Notes: generated by a model not told the origin, from the letters alone. A DNA stretch of 64,000 nucleotides from a virus (IMGVR_UViG_3300037484_000235:64001-128000), one strand, 5' to 3'. Counted from the first letter of the stretch, positions 9,889 to 20,464 are shown. Numbers and translations are program-made.

Positions 9889-11466
9889 ATGAATCCTGTT
9901 CTTGATCAGCAGAGGGCGTGGGAGCTTCTTTCGAGTGGCGCCCATGAAGTTGCACGCGTCGTGTCCAAGACCTTCGGCCCTGCGGGCGGCAAGGTCATGA
10001 TAGAGAAGGCAGGGTCGGTCCTTGTAACGACTGATGGGGCCGCACTCACACGCGAGACTCAGCTTGACGGTGCGAAGAGACTGGGTGCGACCCTCATCCG
10101 ATCTGCCGCAATCAAGACCGATGAGCAAGTTGGAGATGGGACTTCCACAACGGTGATCTTGGCGGACGCTCTCATCCGGGAGATTGGAAAGAGGGCTTGT
10201 GTGCACGGCTGGGATCCGGTGTGCACGGTAGCTCAAATCCGAGAAGCTCATCTGGAGGCAGAGGGTCAGATTCAGCATATGTCCCGCCTCGCAGATCGTG
10301 AGTGTTTGGATCGGATAGCCCTCATGGCTTCCCATGAAGACCCACTCATTGCCGAGAAGGTAGTTGAGGCGGTGCTTGCAGTAGGCGAGGGCGGGTCCGT
10401 GGTGATCTCGCCCTACGAGGGGACGGGGATTGTCCTTGAGCAGAAGGCCGGACTTTATCTCAATCAAGGGTGGACCTCCTTCGATATGGCACCGGCAGAC
10501 GGATCCACCGAGCGGGAGATGGATGGGCCTCTCGTGGCCGTGTTCCGCCAAGGACTTCGACGGGTGGGTGACATTGCGACTGCGATGGAGCAAGCGAGTC
10601 AGTGGCCGGGTCGTGGTCTCGTGGTGTTTGCGCCCAGTATCCAGGGGGATGCCCTCAAGACCCTCTTGGTCAATGACAAGAAGGGCGTGCTCTCGTGTGT
10701 GGGTGTCGAGTACTCGGGGTCATCTGCGGACCTGGACGACTGGCTTGAGGACATCTCGGCAGTCACCAATTCGATGATCGTGGATACAGGGACAGGGATG
10801 TCCCCTGAGAAGTTCGAGGGGTCGTGGTTGGGTTCCGCTCGAAGAGTGACCCTGACTCGGGAACACACACTCGTCGTCTCCTACCTGGATGGGGATATTC
10901 CCCAGAAGATTGATCTGAGAGTTGCCCAGCTTCGGGCGCGAGCCGAGGTCTCCCCCTACCCCTACGAGAAGGCCAAGCTCACGGAGCGTGCTTCGGCGAT
11001 CGATGGGGGCCTCTGTACGCTGCGGATCGGTGGACTCACCAAGCAGGAGGGTCAGGACCGTCGCTCACGGGTCGAGGATGCCCTCAAGGCTGTGCAGACG
11101 TGTCTGAGGGGCGGCGTGGTTCCTGGAGCGGGCTACGCGCTGTTCAGGGCCTGTGTGTGGCTCCCTCAGACCGAGGGCGGCGTGATACTGGACAGGGCTC
11201 TCATGTCGGTCCTGGGCACGCTGGCGAGCCGGGCGGGGGCAGAGCCTCAGACCGTTTTTCGGGAGGGCATGGAGGTCACTCTGTACGATCCCGATGGGTG
11301 GTACGGGTGGGATCCACTGCTTGGGGATTGGCGAGACTTCTGGGTGACGGCCCCACGAATCGTAGACCCCACTGAAGTCGTGTTGGCAGCTCTTAGGAAT
11401 GCCGTATCCGTTGCTTGTCAGATCGCTTTGTGCGGGGTGGTCCTTGGAGTGCACCCAAAACGATAA
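9889..11466 (+). CDS. groEL: GroEL-like chaperonin (divergent)
   Basis: KTFGP.G; TTDG; VGDGTSTT; LRIGG.T; RVEDAL.A; GGVVPGAG; IVDPTEV...AL.NA.SVA. Confidence 0.9.
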   Translation: MNPVLDQQRAWELLSSGAHEVARVVSKTFGPAGGKVMIEKAGSVLVTTDGAALTRETQLDGAKRLGATLIRSAAIKTDEQVGDGTSTTVILADALIREIGKRACVHGWDPVCTVAQIREAHLEAEGQIQHMSRLADRECLDRIALMASHEDPLIAEKVVEAVLAVGEGGSVVISPYEGTGIVLEQKAGLYLNQGWTSFDMAPADGSTEREMDGPLVAVFRQGLRRVGDIATAMEQASQWPGRGLVVFAPSIQGDALKTLLVNDKKGVLSCVGVEYSGSSADLDDWLEDISAVTNSMIVDTGTGMSPEKFEGSWLGSARRVTLTREHTLVVSYLDGDIPQKIDLRVAQLRARAEVSPYPYEKAKLTERASAIDGGLCTLRIGGLTKQEGQDRRSRVEDALKAVQTCLRGGVVPGAGYALFRACVWLPQTEGGVILDRALMSVLGTLASRAGAEPQTVFREGMEVTLYDPDGWYGWDPLLGDWRDFWVTAPRIVDPTEVVLAALRNAVSVACQIALCGVVLGVHPKR

Positions 11467-11498
11467 ACACCCTATCACCTAGACAAGGTGACGGGATT

Positions 11499-12737
11499 AT
11501 GCCCACCCCAAGAAATCTGTATGCTGCAATCGGGGGGACTCAGGAGAGTGCCCGTTCCGCAATCGGGGCGCTGGGTGAGGTCCAATCTGGAAACTCGTTG
11601 TATGTGGACTCCGTCTACGGTTCAAATGACACAGCGGCTCGGGGGCGCATTGACAAACCCTACCTGGCAGTTGCAGCGGCATTGGCCGCAGCCCAAGCAG
11701 GGGATGTTGTCCACGTTCGACCTGGAACATACCCCGTCACACCGTTCACAATTCCTGCCAATGTTTCCCTCGTTGGTGACATTAAACGGAGGACGCATCT
11801 GACATATACGGCTACGGGAAATGCCGCCATGATCACGATGGGTGTAGGGTCCAGCCTTAGGGAGATTACTATCGAGTTGTCGAGCGTTGGCCACCACACC
11901 CTCACTGGTGTTTGGTTTGACGACGCTACGGTTCAAACCGCGTATCTCAGGTCCGTTCATGTCCATGTGGACAACGCAGGGGCTGGTGCAGGTGCCAGCG
12001 ATGTTACTGGGGTTTTGGTCCAGTCTCTAGGAACCCAGGTGGTGGACAGCATCATGTTTGAGTCCACAATCACCGTGGATACGGTTGGGACGGGCCGTAA
12101 AAGATGCTTCCTAATGGACACATCGGTAGCGGATGCCAATCTGCAACACGTAGATATGCTGCTGAGTGCGCCTGCGTCCATCGATGCAATCGGGGCAGAG
12201 ATCAATATTGCGGGGGGTACGCTCCGCTATCTATCTGGTTTGGTGTCTGTCATTGCGGCGGTGTCCCCCACGACAAATGCCGACATATCTCAAACGGCGG
12301 GATTCCTACGGATGGGGGCGGTGACGCTTCTAGACAGTAGTTGTAAGGGTTTGGCATTTACAACCGTGGGGCAGAACTCCCCTGTCATCTTTGGGGATCC
12401 TGGGGGCATCACAGGCAACTTGTTCCTGCGTCCAGGTGGTGGATCAGGCAGTATCACGGAAGCTGACAATCAGCTGTATGTGGCCACGAGGTCCATCATT
12501 CAGGCGTTGTCAGCTCACGCAAATACTGGTCCAGGCGGGGTACTAACTTGCGTAGTCACTGTGCGCGTCAACGGGGTTCCCACCACATTGACGCTGACAC
12601 TTACGGGTGTGCAAACCAGCGGGACTGACCTGGTGCACGCTGTTGAAGTGCCTGCCGGTTCCCTTGTCTCCGTGCACGCGGCGGACGCTGGTGCAACTAC
12701 TGATCTCAATGTGTCCTTCCTAATCTCAGGCTGGTAA
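11499..12737 (+). CDS. beta-helix/pectin-lyase-like structural protein (tail spike-like)
   Basis: LYVDSVYGSNDT..G....PY.....AL..A..GD.V.V.PGTY; Gly/Thr/Ala-rich. Confidence 0.7.
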   Translation: MPTPRNLYAAIGGTQESARSAIGALGEVQSGNSLYVDSVYGSNDTAARGRIDKPYLAVAAALAAAQAGDVVHVRPGTYPVTPFTIPANVSLVGDIKRRTHLTYTATGNAAMITMGVGSSLREITIELSSVGHHTLTGVWFDDATVQTAYLRSVHVHVDNAGAGAGASDVTGVLVQSLGTQVVDSIMFESTITVDTVGTGRKRCFLMDTSVADANLQHVDMLLSAPASIDAIGAEINIAGGTLRYLSGLVSVIAAVSPTTNADISQTAGFLRMGAVTLLDSSCKGLAFTTVGQNSPVIFGDPGGITGNLFLRPGGGSGSITEADNQLYVATRSIIQALSAHANTGPGGVLTCVVTVRVNGVPTTLTLTLTGVQTSGTDLVHAVEVPAGSLVSVHAADAGATTDLNVSFLISGW

Positions 12738-12747
12738 AAGGATCCCA

Positions 12748-13416
12748 ATGGCTGTTACTTTTCTTGACCTGACGGGGGAATCCCGAAACCCACCACCACC
12801 CAAGACGGCGTCAGATGGCTCCAAGAATCCTATCTGTCGGCTTAAGAACAGCAAAGTTCTCGTTCGAGACCCTAAGACCATCACTGGCATTGGCATCCAC
12901 CAGACCGCTTGTGTCTTTGGACCAGCGGACAACTTGATCAAGAGGCATCGCAGAGCGTTCGACGTGCCATCCCACGCTCTGGCCTTTAGGGATGGTGTGG
13001 TGGCTACCGCGTTCCCGATGCTCTGGTACATGTACCACGGACACCGACTTAACGCCTTCACCTACGGCCTGGAAATCGAGGGACAGTACCCAGGTCTTCT
13101 CGATGACCCAGCGACTCCACAGCGTGAGGACATTCAGACTGCTTGGAAGGGCATCACCCCACTCGATGATCTCACGATTGAGACAGCACGAGCCGCACTC
13201 AAATACCTCTATGAAGAGGGGTTGAAGCTCGGGTCGCCTGTCCAGTATGTATGGGCGCACCGGCAGTCCAACGACAAGAAGATTCACGACCCTGGGGCTG
13301 GGATTTGGAAGCATGTTGTTCTGGACTACGCAGTGGCTGTCCTGGGGCTCAAGGTCGAACCCAACAGGAAGTGGAACGATGGTAATCCTATCCCCGCCGC
13401 ATGGGGAAAGCCATGA
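12748..13416 (+). CDS. N-acetylmuramoyl-L-alanine amidase (Amidase_2) endolysin
   Basis: GIGIHQT; SH; HG..LN....GLEIEG; AHRQ; DPG zinc-ligand pattern. Confidence 0.8.
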   Translation: MAVTFLDLTGESRNPPPPKTASDGSKNPICRLKNSKVLVRDPKTITGIGIHQTACVFGPADNLIKRHRRAFDVPSHALAFRDGVVATAFPMLWYMYHGHRLNAFTYGLEIEGQYPGLLDDPATPQREDIQTAWKGITPLDDLTIETARAALKYLYEEGLKLGSPVQYVWAHRQSNDKKIHDPGAGIWKHVVLDYAVAVLGLKVEPNRKWNDGNPIPAAWGKP

Positions 13417-14180
13417 CCGTAAAGATCGCACGAGCCAACGTTCGCCCCCAACGCCAGCCAAATCAGTACTCATGCTGTACCACAAGTTTAAGTATGAGCC
13501 TGGAGGCTTTGGGTCTCCCGTTGTCAGAGGTGGGTGTAGAGCAGGTGAACAAGGTGCTCGGAGCCCAGCCTCTTCAGGGCGCAAGTTGGGACCAGGTTGC
13601 GGGCGCGGCTTCGCACTTCGGTTGTAGGGCGACGCTCGTGGTCCCGTCCACTTTGGCCCAGGTACGGGCTTGGACAGATGCGGGAACCCCCGTTCTAATC
13701 GGTTGGAACACGGGTAGCGAGTGGAGCCACGCAAGTCTGATTTTCGACGTGACGGACACCCACGTTTACATTGCGGACCCCAACATCACCAATCCGGAAC
13801 GGACCACACACGTTCTGCCTCACGATGAGTTCTACGAGAAGTGGTACGAGAAGGCGGCACCCGGATATAAGATCCGACGCTCAGCCATGGCAATCGAGCG
13901 TGAGATCACACCAGACGGGAGACAGGTCATGGCCAGTTCTATTCACTCAAAGTTGGCATCCAAGGTTGCAACCCGATTCGTCGCCGGCAAGAAGCTCCCT
14001 GAAGTGTGGGCTGTGATGATGCCCAAGAACACATCGGAACTGGAAGACATTTGGTTCAATGCGGGGGAGTTCATTCAGTCTCAGTTCCAGGACCATGGGG
14101 GTGTTGTTCACCTCTTCGACAATCGTATGCAAGCTAGAGACGTAGCGAAGTTGCTTTTGAAGACTCTTCCGAGAGTCTAA
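13413..14180 (+). CDS. C39-like cysteine peptidase with C-terminal KVATRF module
   Basis: QRQPNQYSCC; WSHASLI; VYIADP. Confidence 0.8.
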   Translation: MTVKIARANVRPQRQPNQYSCCTTSLSMSLEALGLPLSEVGVEQVNKVLGAQPLQGASWDQVAGAASHFGCRATLVVPSTLAQVRAWTDAGTPVLIGWNTGSEWSHASLIFDVTDTHVYIADPNITNPERTTHVLPHDEFYEKWYEKAAPGYKIRRSAMAIEREITPDGRQVMASSIHSKLASKVATRFVAGKKLPEVWAVMMPKNTSELEDIWFNAGEFIQSQFQDHGGVVHLFDNRMQARDVAKLLLKTLPRV

Positions 14181-14217
14181 GTTAGACCCCCTATAATCCC
14201 CCGGTGGGAGAACCCAT

Positions 14218-17200
14218 ATGCCCACCGCCGGAAAGCGCGAACGTCGTCAGATGAAGGACCGGGAAATGTCCCGGACCATCAAGTATGGTCCTCCGAGTCA
14301 TGAGGGACCTAGCGAAGATCAGTCTGCCATTTCAGGGGTCGGCTGGCGTGAACGTAAAGAACAAGGGCAAGCTGGGATGGCGGGTGCCGGACGAGGAGGT
14401 CGACACAAGTCTCCTCTTGACTACCAGCGCAATCCCAAGCACCGGGACCAAGCCGAAGAGCGCTACGCGGATGTGGGGAGCCCACTCTCAACCCGTCGGG
14501 ACTATGGGGAGAAGACAGCTCGGGCGCCTAAGACCATGGAAGACTTCGCAGGACACATTAGTGTCCTTGTGGGGGGCATCAAGGACTTACAGCGTGCAAC
14601 GAAGCGCCTCAAGCCTCAGTTGCTTGAGCTGAGTCAGTCCGTGGATTTTCTGCCAGACATGCTGGGGTCTGCCCCCACGATGTCTGGGGACATGTTCGGG
14701 AAGGAACTCGACCTCATCTCGCGGTCCACCGAGGAGATTGAGAACTTCATCGACGAGGCACAGCGGTCGGCCGCGCTCTTGGAGCGCGTGTTGACCTCTG
14801 ACCGAAATCTTCGATTGGCTGCGACCGAAGTACCTCCCGGCCTAAAGAAGGGTGACTACATCGAAGTCATCGTATGGGATCGGAAAGACGCGGATGCTGA
14901 TCGGGCGGGAAACGTTCACAGCACTTACCGTGTGGTTCGCATTGAGGGTCCGAAGATCCTTGGTGTGGATTTTGAAGGACACAAAGCCTTCATTGATGTG
15001 GGCGACCGAAACGTAAAGTCTGTTCACGTACTAGATGACGATGCTGTTCACAAATTCGGGGGGGCTGCGACCCTTACAATCGTAGACGGACACCTGGAGA
15101 AGCTCATGATCACTGCCTCTGATTTCGAAGACGCGCTCAAAGAGTCCAAGTTCGAGGAAGGCAAGCCAGCCGACCCCACGAAGAACATGAGTAAGGAAGA
15201 CGCCGCTGAATGGAAGCGTCAGACCGAAGAGCACAAGGATGAGTTTAAGACGGCCGGGGTGCCCGAGGACCATCAGTTGAAGATCCTCAAGGACACCGTG
15301 AAGAACCCAATGAAGGGGAAGTTCCTGGGAGGGCCCTCTGCGGAAGAGGCTGAGAAAACTCTGCGCGAGAAGTTTCACTTCACGGATAAGCAGATTACTA
15401 CTCTGAAGAAGGCGTCCGTTGGCAAGATCGCAAGTGTAACCGTAGGTGCCATTGCTAGCTTGGTGGCAGAGGAACTAGGTGCTTTCTCGTCAGCTATCAA
15501 GAAGACCGAGGATACTCTTGAGACCATCAAGGACAGCGACACAGATTGGAAGATCTGGGGCAAGAATTCTGAGGGAGAAGACTTTGAAGCTACTCTCACA
15601 GTCACTGGAAATGGCTACTACAGCCTCTATGTCTCTACTCAACTTGGGTCTCGAATGGGATTTTACATCATAGGCCCGCACGAGAGAGACCCATCGAAGA
15701 TCAACGGGGCCCTACGTGGGTACACTGATCTTACTTGGGACATGCAGGGGTCGACACGGCCTCGCTTGGCATCGATTAAGGACTACGAGGTTGCCCTGCG
15801 CGTTGCTTCCCCAGGGGACAGCAAGGAGTCCAAGTTTGAAGAGGGCAAGCCAGCGGATCCAACCGAGAACATGTCCAAGGAAGATGCTGCCGAGTGGAAG
15901 CGTCAGAATGAAGAGCACAAGGACGAGTTTAAGACCGCCAAGGCAACCTATGTAGACCCCTCCATCGTTGGGGCGAAGCGAGTTGTCGATGAAGCTCGTA
16001 AAGAACTTGATCTTCTTTGGAGTAAGGGGCCTATTGTGTCTGGGTCGCCGGAGGCAAATAAGGCTAAGGACGCGTACAGGAAGTTTGAGGAGGCCAGTAG
16101 GGATCTCATGGATACCTACAAGTCTCTCCAAAATTGGAGATCAGCAACTCTGTCGGTAGACGACTACGCTGAGAGCTTGCGCGAAGCGAAGTTCCCCAAG
16201 GACAAGTCCATGACCGTGGACGAGGTGTCCGAGGTTGTGGGCCCTGAATTCAAAGAGATGAACGAGGACCCCCCGGAGTCTGTCAAGAAGCTTCAGAAGG
16301 AAATGCAGGGCAAGTCTGCTAGTGAGAAGATTGCGTTCCACTCCAAGCCTGCAATCAAGGCCATCCGCGATTATTACCTCGAAGCCATGTCTAAGCCCCT
16401 TCAGGAGTCTCTGGGTAAGGCGCTCTCAGAGCTGTACTCAGGACCGGGGTCCGCTGGTGATGACGAGGACGGCTGGACCTACAGCAAGGCCCTACGCGAC
16501 CTAGGGCGTTGGTGGGACTCCGTGGGGACCACGCTCTACTACGACACCCAGAGTGGCTTGGTGGAAGAGAGCCTACCCACAGCCTATCAGGATGGCGATG
16601 AGATGGTTGAACCCATGCTTGAGGACTACATGGAGTTCTCCGAGCGTGATGGTGCAAAAGCAATCTTTGGAGCGCTGATCACCGATGGTGGGATGCGTCT
16701 GGGGTCTCAGAAGGCCTCCAGGTCATCCGATGTTTCGAAGCGGGAGTGGCAGCGTGCCCTCAAGACCGATGAGGACATGCTCGTGAGTCTCAATGCCAAC
16801 ATCAAGAAATTGGAGTCCGGGGAGACGGTCGAAAACCTCACCCTGGAAAACGCGAAGCTGATCAAGGGTGGCCTTGAGCAGGTCATTGAGAACAAGAAGA
16901 ACCTCATCAAGAAGTTCGCGAACCTGTCGGACGAGACCACAGACAAGACTGCCGAGTGGAAGGGCTGGGACGAGGACATGCCTGTCCAGGTCGCGTCTGA
17001 ACACGGCAGTGAGGTCTTCGAGAACCTTGCGGATGCTCGTCGCAAGTACCCCGAACTTGACCCTAAGAAGGGTGGTGGAGGCTTTCACTGGGCTATGCGT
17101 GGTGAGGTGAAGGGTCGCCCTGCCATCCGATTTGAGAGCCACGGCCTATACAGGGCCATCTCGCGTGATGCCTCAGTGCATGAGGCGGCGGCTGGCCTCT

Positions 17201-18000
17201 ACGGTTTCACGAAGGAAGCTGAACGGGTCTGTGGGTCGGCCACGAACAAGCTCGCCAAGTTCACGGCGAAGCTCGCCAAGGACATCTACTCGAAGGACGC
17301 CGAGACCCCAGGCTTTCTAGAGGAACACACGACACGCACTGCGTCCAAGGCCGCTCGGATGCTCCGTGCATCCATGGCTGACATCGGCCCAGGCAAACCC
17401 TCCAAGACCGCAGCCTACAATCCGTGGATCAAAGAGCTAGGTGGGACTACAGACTTTTCCTCCATCGAGGTAGGCAAGTCATTTTCGTTCCCCAAGAGCG
17501 AAGAGGTTCTCACGAAGATTAGCCCTCGGAAATACAGGGACTCCTCAGGCCACTCCTTTGCAACGGGTTCTGGAACATCCGTTGTCCAGATTAAGACCGC
17601 AGCCAAGAGCGGCAAGGGGCGCTATGGGTTCTCTGCGAAGACCGCCAAGCTAGCCCTTGAGGCTTGCCACGAAGTAGAGCACCAGGCGGGTGTGGTCGCA
17701 AGTGACCTGCACACGCGCATGGGTGCAAAGCACGCCAGCATCACGGGCTTCCTTAACAAGCACGCGAAGCGCGCTAAGTGTGGTTGGAGCGACATGATCC
17801 TCGAAGCGTATCCGACTCCGGATGAGGCTGAGGTTCTGGCTTCGAAGTCTGCATCCCTAGAGAGCTACAAGATCCACCCAACGGTGGATGAGATTCTCTC
17901 GTGGGACGGTAAGGGTGGACGCCTGGCCGCTTCGTTCCTTGCTTCTGAGGAAGAGGGGTCCGAGGATAAGCCTGAGAACGAGGATGACAATCTAGCCTGA
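14218..18000 (+). CDS. large modular putative inner-head protein with many K/R-x-A junctions
   Basis: 1260 aa, charged; internal 39-aa duplication; about 20 KTA/RLA/KIA/KSA junctions. Confidence 0.7.
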   Translation: MPTAGKRERRQMKDREMSRTIKYGPPSHEGPSEDQSAISGVGWRERKEQGQAGMAGAGRGGRHKSPLDYQRNPKHRDQAEERYADVGSPLSTRRDYGEKTARAPKTMEDFAGHISVLVGGIKDLQRATKRLKPQLLELSQSVDFLPDMLGSAPTMSGDMFGKELDLISRSTEEIENFIDEAQRSAALLERVLTSDRNLRLAATEVPPGLKKGDYIEVIVWDRKDADADRAGNVHSTYRVVRIEGPKILGVDFEGHKAFIDVGDRNVKSVHVLDDDAVHKFGGAATLTIVDGHLEKLMITASDFEDALKESKFEEGKPADPTKNMSKEDAAEWKRQTEEHKDEFKTAGVPEDHQLKILKDTVKNPMKGKFLGGPSAEEAEKTLREKFHFTDKQITTLKKASVGKIASVTVGAIASLVAEELGAFSSAIKKTEDTLETIKDSDTDWKIWGKNSEGEDFEATLTVTGNGYYSLYVSTQLGSRMGFYIIGPHERDPSKINGALRGYTDLTWDMQGSTRPRLASIKDYEVALRVASPGDSKESKFEEGKPADPTENMSKEDAAEWKRQNEEHKDEFKTAKATYVDPSIVGAKRVVDEARKELDLLWSKGPIVSGSPEANKAKDAYRKFEEASRDLMDTYKSLQNWRSATLSVDDYAESLREAKFPKDKSMTVDEVSEVVGPEFKEMNEDPPESVKKLQKEMQGKSASEKIAFHSKPAIKAIRDYYLEAMSKPLQESLGKALSELYSGPGSAGDDEDGWTYSKALRDLGRWWDSVGTTLYYDTQSGLVEESLPTAYQDGDEMVEPMLEDYMEFSERDGAKAIFGALITDGGMRLGSQKASRSSDVSKREWQRALKTDEDMLVSLNANIKKLESGETVENLTLENAKLIKGGLEQVIENKKNLIKKFANLSDETTDKTAEWKGWDEDMPVQVASEHGSEVFENLADARRKYPELDPKKGGGGFHWAMRGEVKGRPAIRFESHGLYRAISRDASVHEAAAGLYGFTKEAERVCGSATNKLAKFTAKLAKDIYSKDAETPGFLEEHTTRTASKAARMLRASMADIGPGKPSKTAAYNPWIKELGGTTDFSSIEVGKSFSFPKSEEVLTKISPRKYRDSSGHSFATGSGTSVVQIKTAAKSGKGRYGFSAKTAKLALEACHEVEHQAGVVASDLHTRMGAKHASITGFLNKHAKRAKCGWSDMILEAYPTPDEAEVLASKSASLESYKIHPTVDEILSWDGKGGRLAASFLASEEEGSEDKPENEDDNLA
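15139..15939 (+). repeat. two copies of the KESKFEEGKPADPT.NMSKEDAAEWKRQ.EEHKDEFKTA module (15139-15255, 15823-15939)
   Basis: near-identical protein, synonymous DNA differences. Confidence 0.9.
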
Positions 18001-18408
18001 TCCGTCAGGTTTATTGTTCTCGTCCGTGTGCTTCTTGATTGCTGCTAGCACGACCTTCCTCAGGTCGGGCCCGGAACGCAGGTGGCAGTTGCACTTTTGT
18101 CCCCCGCGGGTGCCACACCATTCTCCGTGCGGCACCCCCTCACGAGCCGCCGCAAAGACGGCCCGTGCTATAGCCATCTCGTAACGCAGAGGCAGCTCTG
18201 GCTTCTCGGGCTTGGGGGGAAGCATCGGCGTATCCCTCGTGTCCAGATTGATCTCCCGAAGCCGATCGAAGAAGATCACGAGAGACTGGGCTAGGGTATG
18301 CCTCAAGTCCATGGGGGTGTTAGGATCAAATCCTCCCCCCATCTCCATACGATGCATGACCTTGCGGTACGTCTTGTCGCCCTTGTAAGTCATGATCTCT
18401 TTGCTCAC
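17992..18408 (-). CDS. hypothetical protein
   Basis: 138-aa ORF with a Cys cluster. Confidence 0.6.
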   Translation of the reverse strand: MSKEIMTYKGDKTYRKVMHRMEMGGGFDPNTPMDLRHTLAQSLVIFFDRLREINLDTRDTPMLPPKPEKPELPLRYEMAIARAVFAAAREGVPHGEWCGTRGGQKCNCHLRSGPDLRKVVLAAIKKHTDENNKPDGSG

Positions 18409-18450
18409 CTTGGTAACGGGTGGGCAAAGAGAGATTACATGATTTGCTTC

Positions 18451-19137
18451 TTACAAGGAATTGGGGTGCTGGGCGTTGTACGTCTCACTCTCCAGCTTCG
18501 AGATGCGTGCCCGATTCATCTCGGAGTTGATTCCCCCGCCGTACCAGGTATCGAGGAACTTGTAGAGGTACGTGAAGCCCTTGTCCTCTCGTTCGTCCCC
18601 CGAATAGAACGGGATGAGCTTGAGGCCCGCCGCCTTTGCCTTGATGATCTCGTCGAGGCGTGCGAGGCGCTCTTCCATCGAGTTCTTGTTGCTCTTGAGG
18701 AACGCGATGACCTTGGCCCGCTCGTCCTTGCGCTTCTTGATTCCGGCCTGTCGATCCGCTTCGGCCTTCTCACGGGCTTTGTGCTCCACTCGGATCTCCT
18801 GCTCCATGGAATCGGGGTCGATTCCTGCGGCTAGGATCAGGTTGTGGATGAGGGCGTGGAAGGAACGCGCTGTGCCCTTGTCTCCGAAGAGGGGGTAGCT
18901 CCACGCCTGGCTTCCGAAGAATGGACGCCGGAGGCGTCTCTCTGCTGTATCCCCCTTCTGGATCCACTGGTTCTTGCGACCAGCCTTCATGAACTCCTTC
19001 GTCAGTCCCTCAGTGGCGAGCCCGCAGTCGGGCACCCACGCGAGAAGCGCACGGGCCGCCTTGCGTGTCTCATTGTGGCAGGCATGACTGACCACGTCAC
19101 CGCAGTCCGGACAGATTACACGTACGCCGTTGCTCAT
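18451..19137 (-). CDS. hypothetical protein (CPDC knuckle, coiled coil)
   Basis: ATG 19137 with GGAGAAG SD, ATGA overlap. Confidence 0.65.
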   Translation of the reverse strand: MSNGVRVICPDCGDVVSHACHNETRKAARALLAWVPDCGLATEGLTKEFMKAGRKNQWIQKGDTAERRLRRPFFGSQAWSYPLFGDKGTARSFHALIHNLILAAGIDPDSMEQEIRVEHKAREKAEADRQAGIKKRKDERAKVIAFLKSNKNSMEERLARLDEIIKAKAAGLKLIPFYSGDEREDKGFTYLYKFLDTWYGGGINSEMNRARISKLESETYNAQHPNSL

Positions 19138-19787
19138 CGCTTCTTCTCCTTGAACTTGTACTTGGTCAGGGTGACCTTGTGGATGCTGATAGTTCGGTTC
19201 TTTTCCGACCATTTGAGTACGGCCGACGCGTCCTTGCCCCTCTTGGGCAAGAGAACCCCCAACTCACTTTCCCCCGGGTCATTCCAGAAGATGCAAGTGT
19301 CCCCTACAGGTTCATCGAGCGTGAAAGAGGAAACTCCGTCCACCGAGTAGTACCCCTCACCCAGTTCCTTGACCCGGACCCAGACAAGATCCGTCTTCGG
19401 GAGTGCCTTGAGCTGACCCACGGTCATCACTCGTCCGCACGAGGAATAGGGCTCCCCTTCGACGAAGTACTGATTGATGTTGGGGGATGGGACGCGATGG
19501 TAGAGCCGTCGGAACCCACGCCACTGCCCAAGCCACTTCTCGGCTTCGCTTGCTTGCTCGTAGCGGCGTGACGTGTCCACCTCACACACTGGCTTACCCA
19601 TTCGCACGAGAGTCACCGTGAGCTTGAGCCCATTGCGACCCTTGCCGGGCCAGCGCAGGCGTGATCCTGAGATGTCAGAATCAGTGTTCGACCAACTCGA
19701 CTTGACCTCAGCCCGAAGGCCGAGTTCAGGGTGTGCGTTGATGTCCGCTGCAATGGCCTTAAGGGAGCGTTTTGTGGTGGCCAGCAT
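19134..19787 (-). CDS. hypothetical protein
   Basis: 217-aa ORF in string. Confidence 0.65.
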   Translation of the reverse strand: MLATTKRSLKAIAADINAHPELGLRAEVKSSWSNTDSDISGSRLRWPGKGRNGLKLTVTLVRMGKPVCEVDTSRRYEQASEAEKWLGQWRGFRRLYHRVPSPNINQYFVEGEPYSSCGRVMTVGQLKALPKTDLVWVRVKELGEGYYSVDGVSSFTLDEPVGDTCIFWNDPGESELGVLLPKRGKDASAVLKWSEKNRTISIHKVTLTKYKFKEKKR

Positions 19788-19788
19788 C

Positions 19789-20124
19789 CTAGAGCCCCTT
19801 CCGAGAAATCCCGAATCGCCAGGTAGGCCAGAACAGGTCGAAATTGGGGAGCGCCTCCACTAGCTCGTGGTGAATCTTGAGCGCCTTGACACGATCTCGA
19901 CTGGTTCCCTTCAGGAACGCCGTAGCCCGCCGAAGGAGCTTCTCGGTTGTGCTGCCTGTCGGCTTACACTTCTGCCGAGCTAGCTTCTCGATTATCTCGG
20001 CCTCTTCCGCGTTCAGCTGATCTCGCTTCATTTTGAGGAGATCCAGATCCGTCTTCAGTTCCAGACGCCTACGACACCGGTCACACACGCCACAGGAATG
20101 GGTCTTTGCCGTCTTGGTCGTCAT
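19789..20124 (-). CDS. hypothetical protein (CxxCxxC, coiled coil)
   Basis: ATG at 20124 within track ORF 19789-20277. Confidence 0.55.
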   Translation of the reverse strand: MTTKTAKTHSCGVCDRCRRRLELKTDLDLLKMKRDQLNAEEAEIIEKLARQKCKPTGSTTEKLLRRATAFLKGTSRDRVKALKIHHELVEALPNFDLFWPTWRFGISRKGL

Positions 20125-20137
20125 CAGAGGGCTTCCT

Positions 20138-20404
20138 TCAGGCAACCACACCGGATATGGTGGTGAAACACTCGGTCGATGGCACGAATCGAGATCGCGC
20201 GTGGGACAGCGTAGGTCGTACCCACTGAAAACCATCTGGTCGGACTTCCTGAAGTCCAACGTGTCCAGCGGGTTCACTGACGAGTCGTGCCTCTTCGATG
20301 ACCGGATCTCCGTTCTCGATTCGGGTCACGCAGTAGTTCCGACGGTCGTGCCCTGCAAAGAGGTGTCCTACCAGACTGGGGATCTTGTTGGTGATGGGTG
20401 CCAT
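20138..20404 (-). CDS. hypothetical protein
   Basis: 88-aa ORF; GGTGTAA motif upstream. Confidence 0.55.
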   Translation of the reverse strand: MAPITNKIPSLVGHLFAGHDRRNYCVTRIENGDPVIEEARLVSEPAGHVGLQEVRPDGFQWVRPTLSHARSRFVPSTECFTTISGVVA

Positions 20405-20464
20405 TTTGGTATCAGCCTTCTGCTGGTGTAACGGGTGAATCCAGGAGGATTACACCATTGGGGA

